Positions 55,397 to 64,000 of a stretch of 64,000 nucleotides of DNA are shown here, in pieces. The stretch covers positions 992-64,991 of the IMG/VR virus record IMGVR_UViG_3300013297_000004; one strand, written 5' to 3'. Under the pieces are notes generated by a model, which worked only from the letters and a program-made list of their open reading frames with translations, had not been told where the DNA came from and did no database searches. The position numbers were made by a program, and so were the translations under genes. The stretch's first letter is position 1. The number at the start of each line of letters is the position of its first letter. Source of the stretch: a virus (taxonomy: Duplodnaviria; Caudoviricetes).

Positions 55397-56705
55397 CGTA
55401 CACCTTCTCACTGATCCATGGGCCCCTCACCCGGTAGTGAACCGGCACATCTGCAGTGGCGGTGGAGGCGGCGACAGTAGTTCGCCCGCGCCCGACTACA
55501 CCGCCTACATCGCCGACATGTCCTCGACTGGCCATCAGCTGCAGGGCTATGGGGCCGACCTGTTCTCGTGGGCGAAGAACATGGGCGTCGACCTCTCCGC
55601 CATCGCCAAGGGGGCTGGCGAGGCGGCGGGCGGCGCAGCGACCAGCCAGCAGGCTACTTCCGATCAGATGATGAAGGATTGGAAGTCGACCTACGATCCG
55701 CTCTACAAGGCGCAGGCCGACGACGCGACGCGGATGATCAAGGACCTCCCGACGACGGAGGAGCAGTACGCGGGCAAGTTCGGTGCCGACACTGCGACCG
55801 CCATCGACCAAGGGCTGGCTGCCGAGAACCGCAAGCAGCAGTCGCTCGGCATCTCGCCGGGTGTCGCTTCGACGGCACTCGATACACAGGCGCGGATCGG
55901 CCGCGCAGCGGCGACCACGGCAGCTGCCGAGCAGGGTCGCATGCAGGCGCGCACCGAGGCGCGCAACGTCACCGGCACGGCGATCAACGCCGGTCAGTTC
56001 ATCCCCGGCGTGTCGGGCCAGCAGGCCGGGCTGGCGACCGCCAATCGCAATCAGCAGGTGGCGCTGCCCTCGACGGCGGCCTCGACTACGGCCGGGCTCT
56101 ACAGCCCGTCGCTGGGCTACTATCAAGCCGCGACGCCATACATGAAGGCGTGGGGCGACACCATGATGGGGGCCGAGAAGAACCAGCTGGAGCGCGATAA
56201 GATGAAGGCCGAGAACAGCGACGGCGGCATCATGAGTACGCTGCTGCCGTTGGCTGGTGGCATCGCTGGGTCGTTCTTCGGCCCGATGGGCAGCGCGGTC
56301 GGATCGAGCCTCGGCAAGGCGGCGGGCACGGCGATGACCTCGGCGACCGGCGGCAAAATCCCACCGCGCGGTGGTCGACGCATCCGGCGCTACGCAGGTG
56401 GCGGAGCCATCGACACCGCACCGCCGATGGATCAGGGCAACATGGTCACGCCCGAGATGTCGCCGAGCGGTGGGCAGAACGTCGATGACGTTCCGGCCAT
56501 GGTGAGCGAGGGCGAGTTCGTGATCCCCGAGCGTACCGTCGACTGGTACGGCGAGAAGTTCTTCCAGAACCTGATCGGCAAGGCCGACAAGGAAGCGCAG
56601 AACGAGACTGTCGCCGCGCCCGAGGAAGCACCTGCCGACAGCCCGCAGGCGCAGGCGCTCAACACGATGCCGCCGCAGTTCAGGTCGGAAGGAGCTAGGG
56701 TATGA
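55383..56705 (+). CDS. internal virion/ejection protein
   Basis: GGGG..PAPD N-terminus, Ala/Gln-rich helices, GG-rich TM-like segment, DDVPAMVSEGEFVIP domain. Confidence 0.72.
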   Translation: MFTPDVHLLTDPWAPHPVVNRHICSGGGGGDSSSPAPDYTAYIADMSSTGHQLQGYGADLFSWAKNMGVDLSAIAKGAGEAAGGAATSQQATSDQMMKDWKSTYDPLYKAQADDATRMIKDLPTTEEQYAGKFGADTATAIDQGLAAENRKQQSLGISPGVASTALDTQARIGRAAATTAAAEQGRMQARTEARNVTGTAINAGQFIPGVSGQQAGLATANRNQQVALPSTAASTTAGLYSPSLGYYQAATPYMKAWGDTMMGAEKNQLERDKMKAENSDGGIMSTLLPLAGGIAGSFFGPMGSAVGSSLGKAAGTAMTSATGGKIPPRGGRRIRRYAGGGAIDTAPPMDQGNMVTPEMSPSGGQNVDDVPAMVSEGEFVIPERTVDWYGEKFFQNLIGKADKEAQNETVAAPEEAPADSPQAQALNTMPPQFRSEGARV

Positions 56706-59700
56706 GCAAGCACCTGCAGCACTTCGTCGACAACTTCCTGAAAGGCGCGATGCTGGGCTCGCACTGGATGGAACTCGCCGACAAGGCACAAGACCGCAAG
56801 GACCAGCGTGAGATCGCCCGCGAGAAGAACCGCATCACCGCGCAGCAGCATCAAGACCGCATGGGCATCGACCGGGAGAAGGCGTCGGCCTACGGCGAGC
56901 AGGCTCGGGCTACGGCAGACTGGATGCGGCGTCGGCAGTCGGGGGGCGGCGGTGGCGGCGGCGGGGCAACGCTATCGCCGGGCTCTCAGCAGTTCCTCGA
57001 ACTGGCGCGCCGGTCAGGTCTCGACGTCACGCCGACGCCAGATGCAGCGCCTCCGCGAGCCGTACAGCAGGACGACCCGGAACCCGGGCAGTCCGATCCT
57101 CCAGCGACGTCGGAACCAGTCATCACCGATGCACGCGGCGGCAAAATCCCCCAGCGTTACGCCCGGGGCGGAAGGGCTGGCCGCAACCAGCAGATGATGA
57201 CGTCGATGATGAAGGCTGGTCAGGGCGCTGTGGATCGGATCAGTCGTGACAGGATGGGTACGCCGATCAACCCGGCTGCTCCCGCGCCGACTATGCTGCG
57301 TCGCCCGAGCGTGCCGGTTGCTACCGATCAGGGTGCAGGCACCGCTGGTCCCGGTTCGGGCTACGGCGACACGGCCGCGCCGCCGGTCACGGCACAGGCG
57401 ATCCAGCCGACCTACGACCCCTCGGTCGATCAGGGCACTTACCGGCGCGGTGGCCGGGTGAAGCGGTTCCAAGAGGGCGGCAGCGTCGATGATGACCGGC
57501 TGCTCCGCCCACAGACCGGCGGACCGAGTACCAACTTCAAGGCTGGTCAGGGCCGCGCGATGGTCGGCGGCAACTACGATCCGAGCGGCCAGTACATGCA
57601 GGCCGAGGCGGGCTACGAGCATCCCGTGGGTCGCAGCGGTCGTGTCGGCATCCAAGGCAACTTCGGCAAGTACGTCGGCCCCGGGGGCAACGAGGCCAAG
57701 CCCGACTGGGGCGTCGGCGTGCGCGGTCGTGTCCGGTTCAACAAGGGTGGGCAGGTGCGCGGCTACGCGGGCGGTGGCGACGTGCTGCCACCGACCGACC
57801 CGGTCGATCAGGGCTACATGGTCCTCGACAACGGCCAAGTCGTGCCGGTGCCGAAGGGCGACCGCGAGTGGAGCATCTTCCCGCCGCGCTCGCAGGCGGG
57901 CCGCGATCAGCTGACCAAGGAGGACACCGAGAACCGGCGCGCCACCGAGGTCAGGCGCACGCTGGCGTCGCAGACCGGACCGACGACGCACGGCACCTAT
58001 GTCAGCCGCGACGGCCGCGCGAACGAAGAAGGCTACAGCTTGGACCTGCCGCCGGATCGGGAACCGCCGATGCCGAGGTTCCCGGGTCCTGACCAGCCGC
58101 ATGGTCCCGGCATGCCGCCGACCTCGCCCGAGGAAAGCTGGCCGCGCCCGGCTGGTGCACCGCGTGGTGGTGGCGGCAGTGGAGGCGGTGGAGGCGGCGG
58201 CGGCGGTCGGCGCGCGATTGCGACCGACGAGCCGTGGAAGAAGCTGGGCGATCAGACCCGCACCAAGGCTTACGATCCCGAGAAAGACATGCTCGACGAG
58301 CGCAACATCCACGCGACCGACCCGGAGACCGGCGCGACGCGCGGCTGGACCCAGCAGCGTGTCATCATGGACGACAAGGGCAAGGTGGCGCGGGTCGAGA
58401 ACTCGGTGAACGACTACCAGACCGGCGCGCTCAAGTACGCTCAGTCGGTCGCTAAGAACCATCCGCAGGAACTCTACAACGGGACCGGCGCGCCTGATCC
58501 GAAGTCGATGGAACAGGTCATGCAGATCGTCGACCCCGACGGCAAGATGCCGGTGCAGCAGCGCATGGATGCTGCCGCCAAGACGGTACACGAGTGGTAC
58601 GTCCAGCAGGGTAGCCCGCAGGCCGCCGACCGGGCAGCGTTCGAGATCAAGCAGTACGGCGTCACCCAGAGCCGCCAGTTCGGTGTGCAGGCGGCGAAGG
58701 CGGCCCAGCAAGGCGACATGCAGGGCGCGGTCCAGCAGCTGATCAAGGGCTACGAGTATGTGTCCAAGGACGGCGAACAGCCCGTCGTGCAGGGCAACAA
58801 CATCGTGATGGTCGGCAAGGACGGCAAGCCGACTGGCCAGACCTACCCGATCAGTCCGCAGATGATCACCAACCTCGCGCTCGGCATGGCGACCGGCAAG
58901 CTGGGTTGGGACGTGGCTGGCTTCGCGCCGCCGCAGCAACAGCCGCCAGCGGGCGGCGCTCCCCCTGCTGGCGCACCGCCGGGCGGCGCTCGTCCGGCGG
59001 CCCAGCCTTCAGCGGCTCCGGCTGGGCCTGCCCAACCCCCAGCCGCACCGGCCCAGACGACACAAGCCGCACCGGCTCAGACGCAAGCTATTCAGCCCAC
59101 GGTTCCTCCGCCCCCTGCAGCGCCGCCGCCAACGCCGCAGCCTGCCGGGGCAACCTCCCCTCCTGCGACGACACAAACCCAAGCGGCACAGCCGCCGCAG
59201 GAGGGGGGCGAGAGGACGCAGGCGCAGCAGATGGAGCCGACCGAGGAGAGCCTGCGGTTCAACAAGCAGCAGCTGCAGGCACAATGGATGAAGGAGCGTC
59301 AAATCCTTCAGGACGCCGCTGCCAAGATGGTGCCGAAGAACGAGCTGAGCAAAGTGCTGGGCCCGACCCTGTCGGCACACAAGGCGCGCTATGACCAGCA
59401 GGTCAGGGACCTCGACGAACAGTGGAAGCTGATGGTGCAGGAGCGACACACGAAGGAGGGCCGCACCGCCACCGAGACGGCACCAAGGAAGGTCGGGTTG
59501 ACCGATGCGGGTACGCTGAAGAAGACAATCGAGACCCGAGCAGGAGAGATCGCTGCTGATCCGAAGCTGCGCGAGAACAGCGTGCTGGAGAACCTGAAGA
59601 CCCCGGCTGACCTGAAGCCGTTGCACGATCTGGCGGCGCAAATCTACCGGCAGAACAACTCGGTGATGCAGCCGGAGGATGCGATGGACATCGCGGTGCA

Positions 59701-60040
59701 GGCGACCACGATCAACCCTAAGGGCAAGGGACATAACGGCGAGACGGGTCCGAACGCGCTGGAGTTCAAGGCGCAACGCGATCCGCGCGGGCTCAAGTTG
59801 GAGATGCGGGGTGGGCAGGAGATTATCGTCGACAAGCCTACGGCCGACGCGATCCAGAAACTGCTGGCGAAAAACTGGGACGCGCACACGAAGGCCAAGA
59901 CGGCGGCCGACGCCAAGGCGGCCGAGGACGCCAAGCGCGGCAAGGATATCTGGAGCCGCGCCGGTCGTGCTGCTATCGACTTGGCTCCGAAGATGCCGCC
60001 CGGCGCAGGCCCACTGCCGTTCCCCAACTTCATGAAGTGA
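56702..60040 (+). CDS. internal virion/ejection protein with multiple GG motifs
   Basis: 1112 aa, largely low-complexity/coiled; six xxxGGxx motifs; located between two other internal-protein genes. Confidence 0.7.
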   Translation: MSKHLQHFVDNFLKGAMLGSHWMELADKAQDRKDQREIAREKNRITAQQHQDRMGIDREKASAYGEQARATADWMRRRQSGGGGGGGGATLSPGSQQFLELARRSGLDVTPTPDAAPPRAVQQDDPEPGQSDPPATSEPVITDARGGKIPQRYARGGRAGRNQQMMTSMMKAGQGAVDRISRDRMGTPINPAAPAPTMLRRPSVPVATDQGAGTAGPGSGYGDTAAPPVTAQAIQPTYDPSVDQGTYRRGGRVKRFQEGGSVDDDRLLRPQTGGPSTNFKAGQGRAMVGGNYDPSGQYMQAEAGYEHPVGRSGRVGIQGNFGKYVGPGGNEAKPDWGVGVRGRVRFNKGGQVRGYAGGGDVLPPTDPVDQGYMVLDNGQVVPVPKGDREWSIFPPRSQAGRDQLTKEDTENRRATEVRRTLASQTGPTTHGTYVSRDGRANEEGYSLDLPPDREPPMPRFPGPDQPHGPGMPPTSPEESWPRPAGAPRGGGGSGGGGGGGGGRRAIATDEPWKKLGDQTRTKAYDPEKDMLDERNIHATDPETGATRGWTQQRVIMDDKGKVARVENSVNDYQTGALKYAQSVAKNHPQELYNGTGAPDPKSMEQVMQIVDPDGKMPVQQRMDAAAKTVHEWYVQQGSPQAADRAAFEIKQYGVTQSRQFGVQAAKAAQQGDMQGAVQQLIKGYEYVSKDGEQPVVQGNNIVMVGKDGKPTGQTYPISPQMITNLALGMATGKLGWDVAGFAPPQQQPPAGGAPPAGAPPGGARPAAQPSAAPAGPAQPPAAPAQTTQAAPAQTQAIQPTVPPPPAAPPPTPQPAGATSPPATTQTQAAQPPQEGGERTQAQQMEPTEESLRFNKQQLQAQWMKERQILQDAAAKMVPKNELSKVLGPTLSAHKARYDQQVRDLDEQWKLMVQERHTKEGRTATETAPRKVGLTDAGTLKKTIETRAGEIAADPKLRENSVLENLKTPADLKPLHDLAAQIYRQNNSVMQPEDAMDIAVQATTINPKGKGHNGETGPNALEFKAQRDPRGLKLEMRGGQEIIVDKPTADAIQKLLAKNWDAHTKAKTAADAKAAEDAKRGKDIWSRAGRAAIDLAPKMPPGAGPLPFPNFMK
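57157..57173. repeat. 17-bp palindrome copy inside ejection protein gene
   Basis: TTACGCCCGGGGCGGAA. Confidence 0.85.
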
Positions 60041-60044
60041 CGCG

Positions 60045-63000
60045 ATGGCCGACACAGACGCCAATTGGATCAGCCCGTTCTCCGGTGCAGCGACGCCGGT
60101 ACAGGATGCGCCTCCGGCTGAACGCGGCTTCGGCGGCTGGGCCAAGGACACCGGCATCGACGTGCTGCGTGGTGGGCTCGGCATCGCGCGTGACATCACG
60201 GGAGCGAAGGCAGCGATCAGCACGGCTGCCCCCGGCATGGACACCAAGCGGCAGACTGACAACCTGACAACCGGCGAGGATATCGACTACTTCCTGAAGC
60301 GCGCCAAGACTGAGACCGGCCAGTATCGCGACGCACATCCCGAACTGGGTTGGGGCGACCATCCTGTCGGCAAGACGACTGAAGTTGCCGCTGGGCTGGC
60401 GGCCTACGCGCCGATGGCGGTGATGTCGGGTCCAGCGGCCCCGCTGGTGTTCGGCGGGCTGGCCTACGGTCACGCGCAGTCGGAGCTGCACGAGCGGCTG
60501 CGCGACGCCCCCGAAGAAGAACTGATGAAGACGCCGGACTACAAGCAGTACCGCGACACCGGCATGTCCGATCAGGCGGCGCGCGATCAGCTGTTCGTCG
60601 ATGGCTCCGATCCGACCAAGCTGAAGAACCTGCTGGCGGTCCTGCCCGCCGTGGCGGGCAACGTCATCGGCGGCGGCATCGGCGGCATCATGCTGTCCAA
60701 GGCCGCCCAGCGCACGGTCAACGACTGGATCACCGACCGCATCCTGCGCAACCTCCATGCCGAGGGGGCCAAGGCGTTCATGCAGCGGCGCGCGTTCGGC
60801 GCGGGCGAGGCGGCGCTTGGCGGCGCGGCAGGCATGGGCGGCAACGAGGCGACCCGCCAGCTGACCGAGCAGAACGTCGGCTTGCGCCCGCCCGGCGGCT
60901 TCGACTACGGCAAGGTGTTCGAGCAGATGGGCGAGGGAGCGGCGACCTTCGCCGTGCCGGGCTTGGCCGGTACCCGCAAGAAGCCGACCTACCGCGAGTT
61001 CGGCCCCGAGACCACGCCTCGGCCGGGCACGCCGGGACCGATGCCCGAGGCTCCTGATGACGGTTACGGCCCCGCCACGCAGCCTGCGTCCCGCCCGGGT
61101 GGTGGAGGGGGCGGCGCGCCTCCGGGCCACGCTGACGACCTCGGCGTCGACACTGCGGCGGTCGCCACGGCCCAGCAGCAGCCCGCTGGTCCCAGCGGTG
61201 GCGGTCCCGGCGGCGAGTACGGGCCCAGCGTCACACCCAGTCGGCGTCGCCCTGTGCCGGGGCGCGAGATGGTCGAGGGCGACGTCCAGCCGCCGGTCGA
61301 GCATGGCTGGCCCGACGTCACCCGGCCCGGCGAGGAGCCGTATGCCCCGCCGCAGGAGCCCGCGCCCTATCGCGTGCCGCAGCCCGGTGAGGAGCGTCCG
61401 CCCGGCTACGATCCGAACCAGCCCGGTGGTGGCCTGCCGCAGGAGCCGCCGCGCCCGCACATGCCGGGACCGATGCCGGACGAAGGCGGTGGCATCGGCG
61501 AGCGTCCGCTGCAGCCGGAGTTCCCCGAGGTCGAGCGCCCCGGCATGCCGCGCGGCGAGGAGTTCGGCGGCGAGCGAACCGAAGGTGAAATCCCCTACGC
61601 CGACCGTGGCCGCCTGCGGCAGGCACTGGGCAGCAAGGCACCGCAGACGCGCGGTGTGTGGGCCGACCAGCTCGAACACCAGCTCAATCGCGGCGTGACG
61701 CCGTCGCTCAAGGGCAAGCTGTTCGCGCACATCCGCAACATGCTCGGCAAGGATGCCGACTTCGTTAATCATCTTCTGCAGACCTCGCCGCGCGGTGTCG
61801 TCGCCGAGATGCGGTCGGGCATCGAAGCCCAGCCCGGTGTCGAGCGGCTGTCGGGTGATCACACGTCGGCGCTGCACGAGGTCATGGCGAAGGTTGATCC
61901 CGAAGTTGCACATGGATGGGCAACTGAAATTCAGAACCGAATTGACGCTGGCGCTCGCACGTTGCCGTGGAATAAGCTGCCGCAGTCGATGCGTGCGGTG
62001 CTTGGTGAACACCGTGCTGCTATCGTTGACGCTGCACGGAGGAACCCGCGTGAGGTTGCCGACGTGTTGGCGGGACGGGCGCACACGCCGGAAGCCCGGC
62101 GGTACCGCGAAGCAGGCACGCGCGATGTGGTCGAACGGACCACTCACGAGCAACCCGAACATGTGAGCGAAGCAGATGTCCTTACCGAAGACCAGCCGCA
62201 AGGCCAGCGCCAAGAAGAAGTCCACCCGGGCGAAGAATTCCTCGGCCACGGGACGCCGGAAGAACTCGCAGCCCAAGCCCAAGAGCAGAGGCTCGCGGCG
62301 CAGTTCGGCCCAGCGGTAGAACCAGCCGCAGCGCCCTACCTGACCCGGCGGCATCGTCGTCACCGGGTCGGTACCGAGCGCGACATTGGCATCAGCCGCA
62401 GCGGGCGTATCGCCCCTGAGGCGATGCCGCGTATGCAGGGTACGCTGGGCCGCACCCTGACCATGCGAGGGACGTCCCAGACTAGATTGCAAGCGGTCCT
62501 GCGGCGTGCGGCGGAGCGGCGAGAGGCACGCGAAGCCGAACGGGTCGCCAACGTGGGCAATCGCCGTCCACACCCGGAGAGCGCCGACGAAACGCGAACC
62601 CAGCACGGGCCCATCGAGGGCGTCGAGGATATGGGGTCGAGGGCGGAACGGGAGGCGACGCAGCGGCATAAGGAGCGGATCGCTGCCGATCAGCGGCGGC
62701 AACAGGAACGCGAGCAGGCAGCGGATCGCGCTGTGCAGGATAGTTTACCGCGCCGGGTGCTGAACCAGACCGTCGAAATCGTCGGACACCTGCGCGAGTT
62801 TGCGACCCGAGCTGCGCAGCGTGCGATGGAGCGCACTCCGTTCCACCGGGAAATGGCACGCGCCGAAGCGATAGAGCAGGCGCGGCTTGATAAGGATGCA
62901 GCACGCAAGCGGCGGACGCGGCGCGGCGACCTAGAGTACCGCGAGCGGGTCGCCAAGAACGTGCTGACCGACGAGCATCTGGAATTCATCAGCGAGATTG

Positions 63001-64000
63001 ATGATCTGCTCAGAGACGCCAACCGGCCGATCTCGCCGACCGGGCAGCGGTACACGTCGACCGAACGGGCGCGCACTCGGGCAACCGAGGAGGAGATGCG
63101 CCGGGCAGAGCGTACCGACCAACGCGCTGCCGACCGCGCTCGCCGCGAAGTCGGCGAGCAGCCCGACTGGCGGGTCGCCGAGCAGCGGCGTCAGGAAGAA
63201 ATCGCCAAAGAAGAAGGCGAACGCCAGACGCGCGAGCGGCAGACCCACTTCGGCACCATCGAGCGGCTGGACGATGTTTCGCGCGAAGCCCTTATGGGTG
63301 CCGCGACGCGCTTGGTCGATGCCATGAAGGCGCGCCTCGATGTCGCCAAGGAAGCCATGGATCAGGCGATGATCGAGCGTACTCGGCCGGGGCAAAAGCC
63401 CCGCATCGGCTGGGGGCTGCCGACCGTCCGAAGCGGCTTGCATCCGTGGTACGACCGGCTCGCCGACCTCAACCGATACGCTACTGCGCTCCAGCGGGAG
63501 ATCAACAAGGGTAAAGGCAAGGGGGGCAGCACCGAGATCGTGCGCACCATGATGGCCAATATCTGGCTGCGTGAACACATGCTGCGCGAAGGCCGCATCG
63601 CCGAGTTCGAGGAGTATACGCGGGCTGAGCAGCAGATGACGTTCAACGAGATCGCCACGCGTCTCGTGACCCTGCAGAACGAACTCAACCGGCGCATGCA
63701 GCCCCGCAGTGAGGGCTTCAGTGGTCGGCGAGAGAGTGCCCTTCGTTCTGAGATCGAAGCCCTGCAGAGGCTGCAGCATGCCATGCAGGACATCGGCGGC
63801 AAGGACGTCGTCGACTTTGAACTGCAGATCGCTGAAATGCACGAGGACAGCGTGGCCCAGATGCTGCGCGAGCATCAGCGCCGCATGATCGTCGAGTATG
63901 TACGGGACCGACTGTCCGGCATGACCGAGGAGCAGCAGGTTCAAGAACAGCGCGAGCTGGCTCTGAAGCGGCGGGAAAGCGAACAGCGCAACGCCGCCAA
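60045..64000 (+). CDS. N-terminal part of giant internal virion protein (3' truncated by window; missing from ORF track)
   Basis: ATG 60045 four bases after previous stop; MADTDANWISPFSG...; frame reads open where checked and at the window end (...ALKRRESEQRNAA), about 1318 codons. Confidence 0.8.
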   Translation, partial: MADTDANWISPFSGAATPVQDAPPAERGFGGWAKDTGIDVLRGGLGIARDITGAKAAISTAAPGMDTKRQTDNLTTGEDIDYFLKRAKTETGQYRDAHPELGWGDHPVGKTTEVAAGLAAYAPMAVMSGPAAPLVFGGLAYGHAQSELHERLRDAPEEELMKTPDYKQYRDTGMSDQAARDQLFVDGSDPTKLKNLLAVLPAVAGNVIGGGIGGIMLSKAAQRTVNDWITDRILRNLHAEGAKAFMQRRAFGAGEAALGGAAGMGGNEATRQLTEQNVGLRPPGGFDYGKVFEQMGEGAATFAVPGLAGTRKKPTYREFGPETTPRPGTPGPMPEAPDDGYGPATQPASRPGGGGGGAPPGHADDLGVDTAAVATAQQQPAGPSGGGPGGEYGPSVTPSRRRPVPGREMVEGDVQPPVEHGWPDVTRPGEEPYAPPQEPAPYRVPQPGEERPPGYDPNQPGGGLPQEPPRPHMPGPMPDEGGGIGERPLQPEFPEVERPGMPRGEEFGGERTEGEIPYADRGRLRQALGSKAPQTRGVWADQLEHQLNRGVTPSLKGKLFAHIRNMLGKDADFVNHLLQTSPRGVVAEMRSGIEAQPGVERLSGDHTSALHEVMAKVDPEVAHGWATEIQNRIDAGARTLPWNKLPQSMRAVLGEHRAAIVDAARRNPREVADVLAGRAHTPEARRYREAGTRDVVERTTHEQPEHVSEADVLTEDQPQGQRQEEVHPGEEFLGHGTPEELAAQAQEQRLAAQFGPAVEPAAAPYLTRRHRRHRVGTERDIGISRSGRIAPEAMPRMQGTLGRTLTMRGTSQTRLQAVLRRAAERREAREAERVANVGNRRPHPESADETRTQHGPIEGVEDMGSRAEREATQRHKERIAADQRRQQEREQAADRAVQDSLPRRVLNQTVEIVGHLREFATRAAQRAMERTPFHREMARAEAIEQARLDKDAARKRRTRRGDLEYRERVAKNVLTDEHLEFISEIDDLLRDANRPISPTGQRYTSTERARTRATEEEMRRAERTDQRAADRARREVGEQPDWRVAEQRRQEEIAKEEGERQTRERQTHFGTIERLDDVSREALMGAATRLVDAMKARLDVAKEAMDQAMIERTRPGQKPRIGWGLPTVRSGLHPWYDRLADLNRYATALQREINKGKGKGGSTEIVRTMMANIWLREHMLREGRIAEFEEYTRAEQQMTFNEIATRLVTLQNELNRRMQPRSEGFSGRRESALRSEIEALQRLQHAMQDIGGKDVVDFELQIAEMHEDSVAQMLREHQRRMIVEYVRDRLSGMTEEQQVQEQRELALKRRESEQRNAA

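Noticed and set aside
4099-57173. Palindrome copies as a CRISPR array or mini-array
   Set aside because: Copies are 17 bp, irregularly dispersed over kilobases and often intragenic. There are no regular 30-40 bp spacers and no cas operon; the Cas4-like fold gene is an ordinary phage replication exonuclease.
4099-57173. Palindrome as REP/MITE or IS-derived element
   Set aside because: No GTAG/CGTC-type REP tetranucleotide foot, no target-site duplications seen, and no RAYT/transposase in the window. Not fully excluded without comparative data.
60030-62702. 890-aa minus-strand ORF and other long antisense ORFs (57014-58939, 43576-45387, 13737-15443)
   Set aside because: Shadow ORFs caused by high GC3 on the opposite coding strand; no motifs, and they fully overlap well-supported genes.
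1-64000. tRNA, rRNA, integrase/att, CI-Cro switch, phage RNA polymerase
   Set aside because: None recognisable by eye in this window.

Overview
The window is most of the genome of an uncultured, GC-rich, podovirus-like tailed phage (Caudoviricetes), probably infecting an Alphaproteobacterium (inferred from host-like genes). The contig appears opened inside one giant virion gene, whose C-terminal part is at 1-3708 and whose N-terminal part runs from 60045 off the window end. A leftward arm (5.2-31.6 kb) carries early and replication genes: primase-DUF927 helicase, SSB-like protein, SNF2 helicase, VRR-NUC, PD-(D/E)XK exonuclease, M15 peptidase, PolA, AAA ATPase plus vWA metallopeptidase, a receiver-less OmpR/ChvI-type wHTH, an FkbM methyltransferase and many small ORFs. 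An AT-rich iteron-like region lies at 30.3-30.6 kb. A rightward accessory block (31.9-35.8 kb) holds a J-domain-like protein, a GIY-YIG-like protein, DUF2829/Tad2, an Acb2/Tad1-like hairpin protein and a beta-helix protein. It is followed by an inverted terminase module and a rightward morphogenesis operon (portal, scaffold, capsid, fibres, adaptors, nozzle, ejection proteins). The most striking signal is a 17-bp palindrome, TTACGCCC(G/C)GGGCGTAA, found by eye 27 times: before ribosome-binding sites, at a promoter start site, in 18-bp tandem pairs and inside essential genes in all three reading frames. This looks like a genome-wide operator/stoperator-like system with an unknown binding protein. 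A second signal is a recurrent [FY]xxGGx[VI] peptide motif in virion proteins, two copies of which bracket a beta-barrel-like cassette in an ejection protein. All assignments are from motif recognition by eye; no searches were run.
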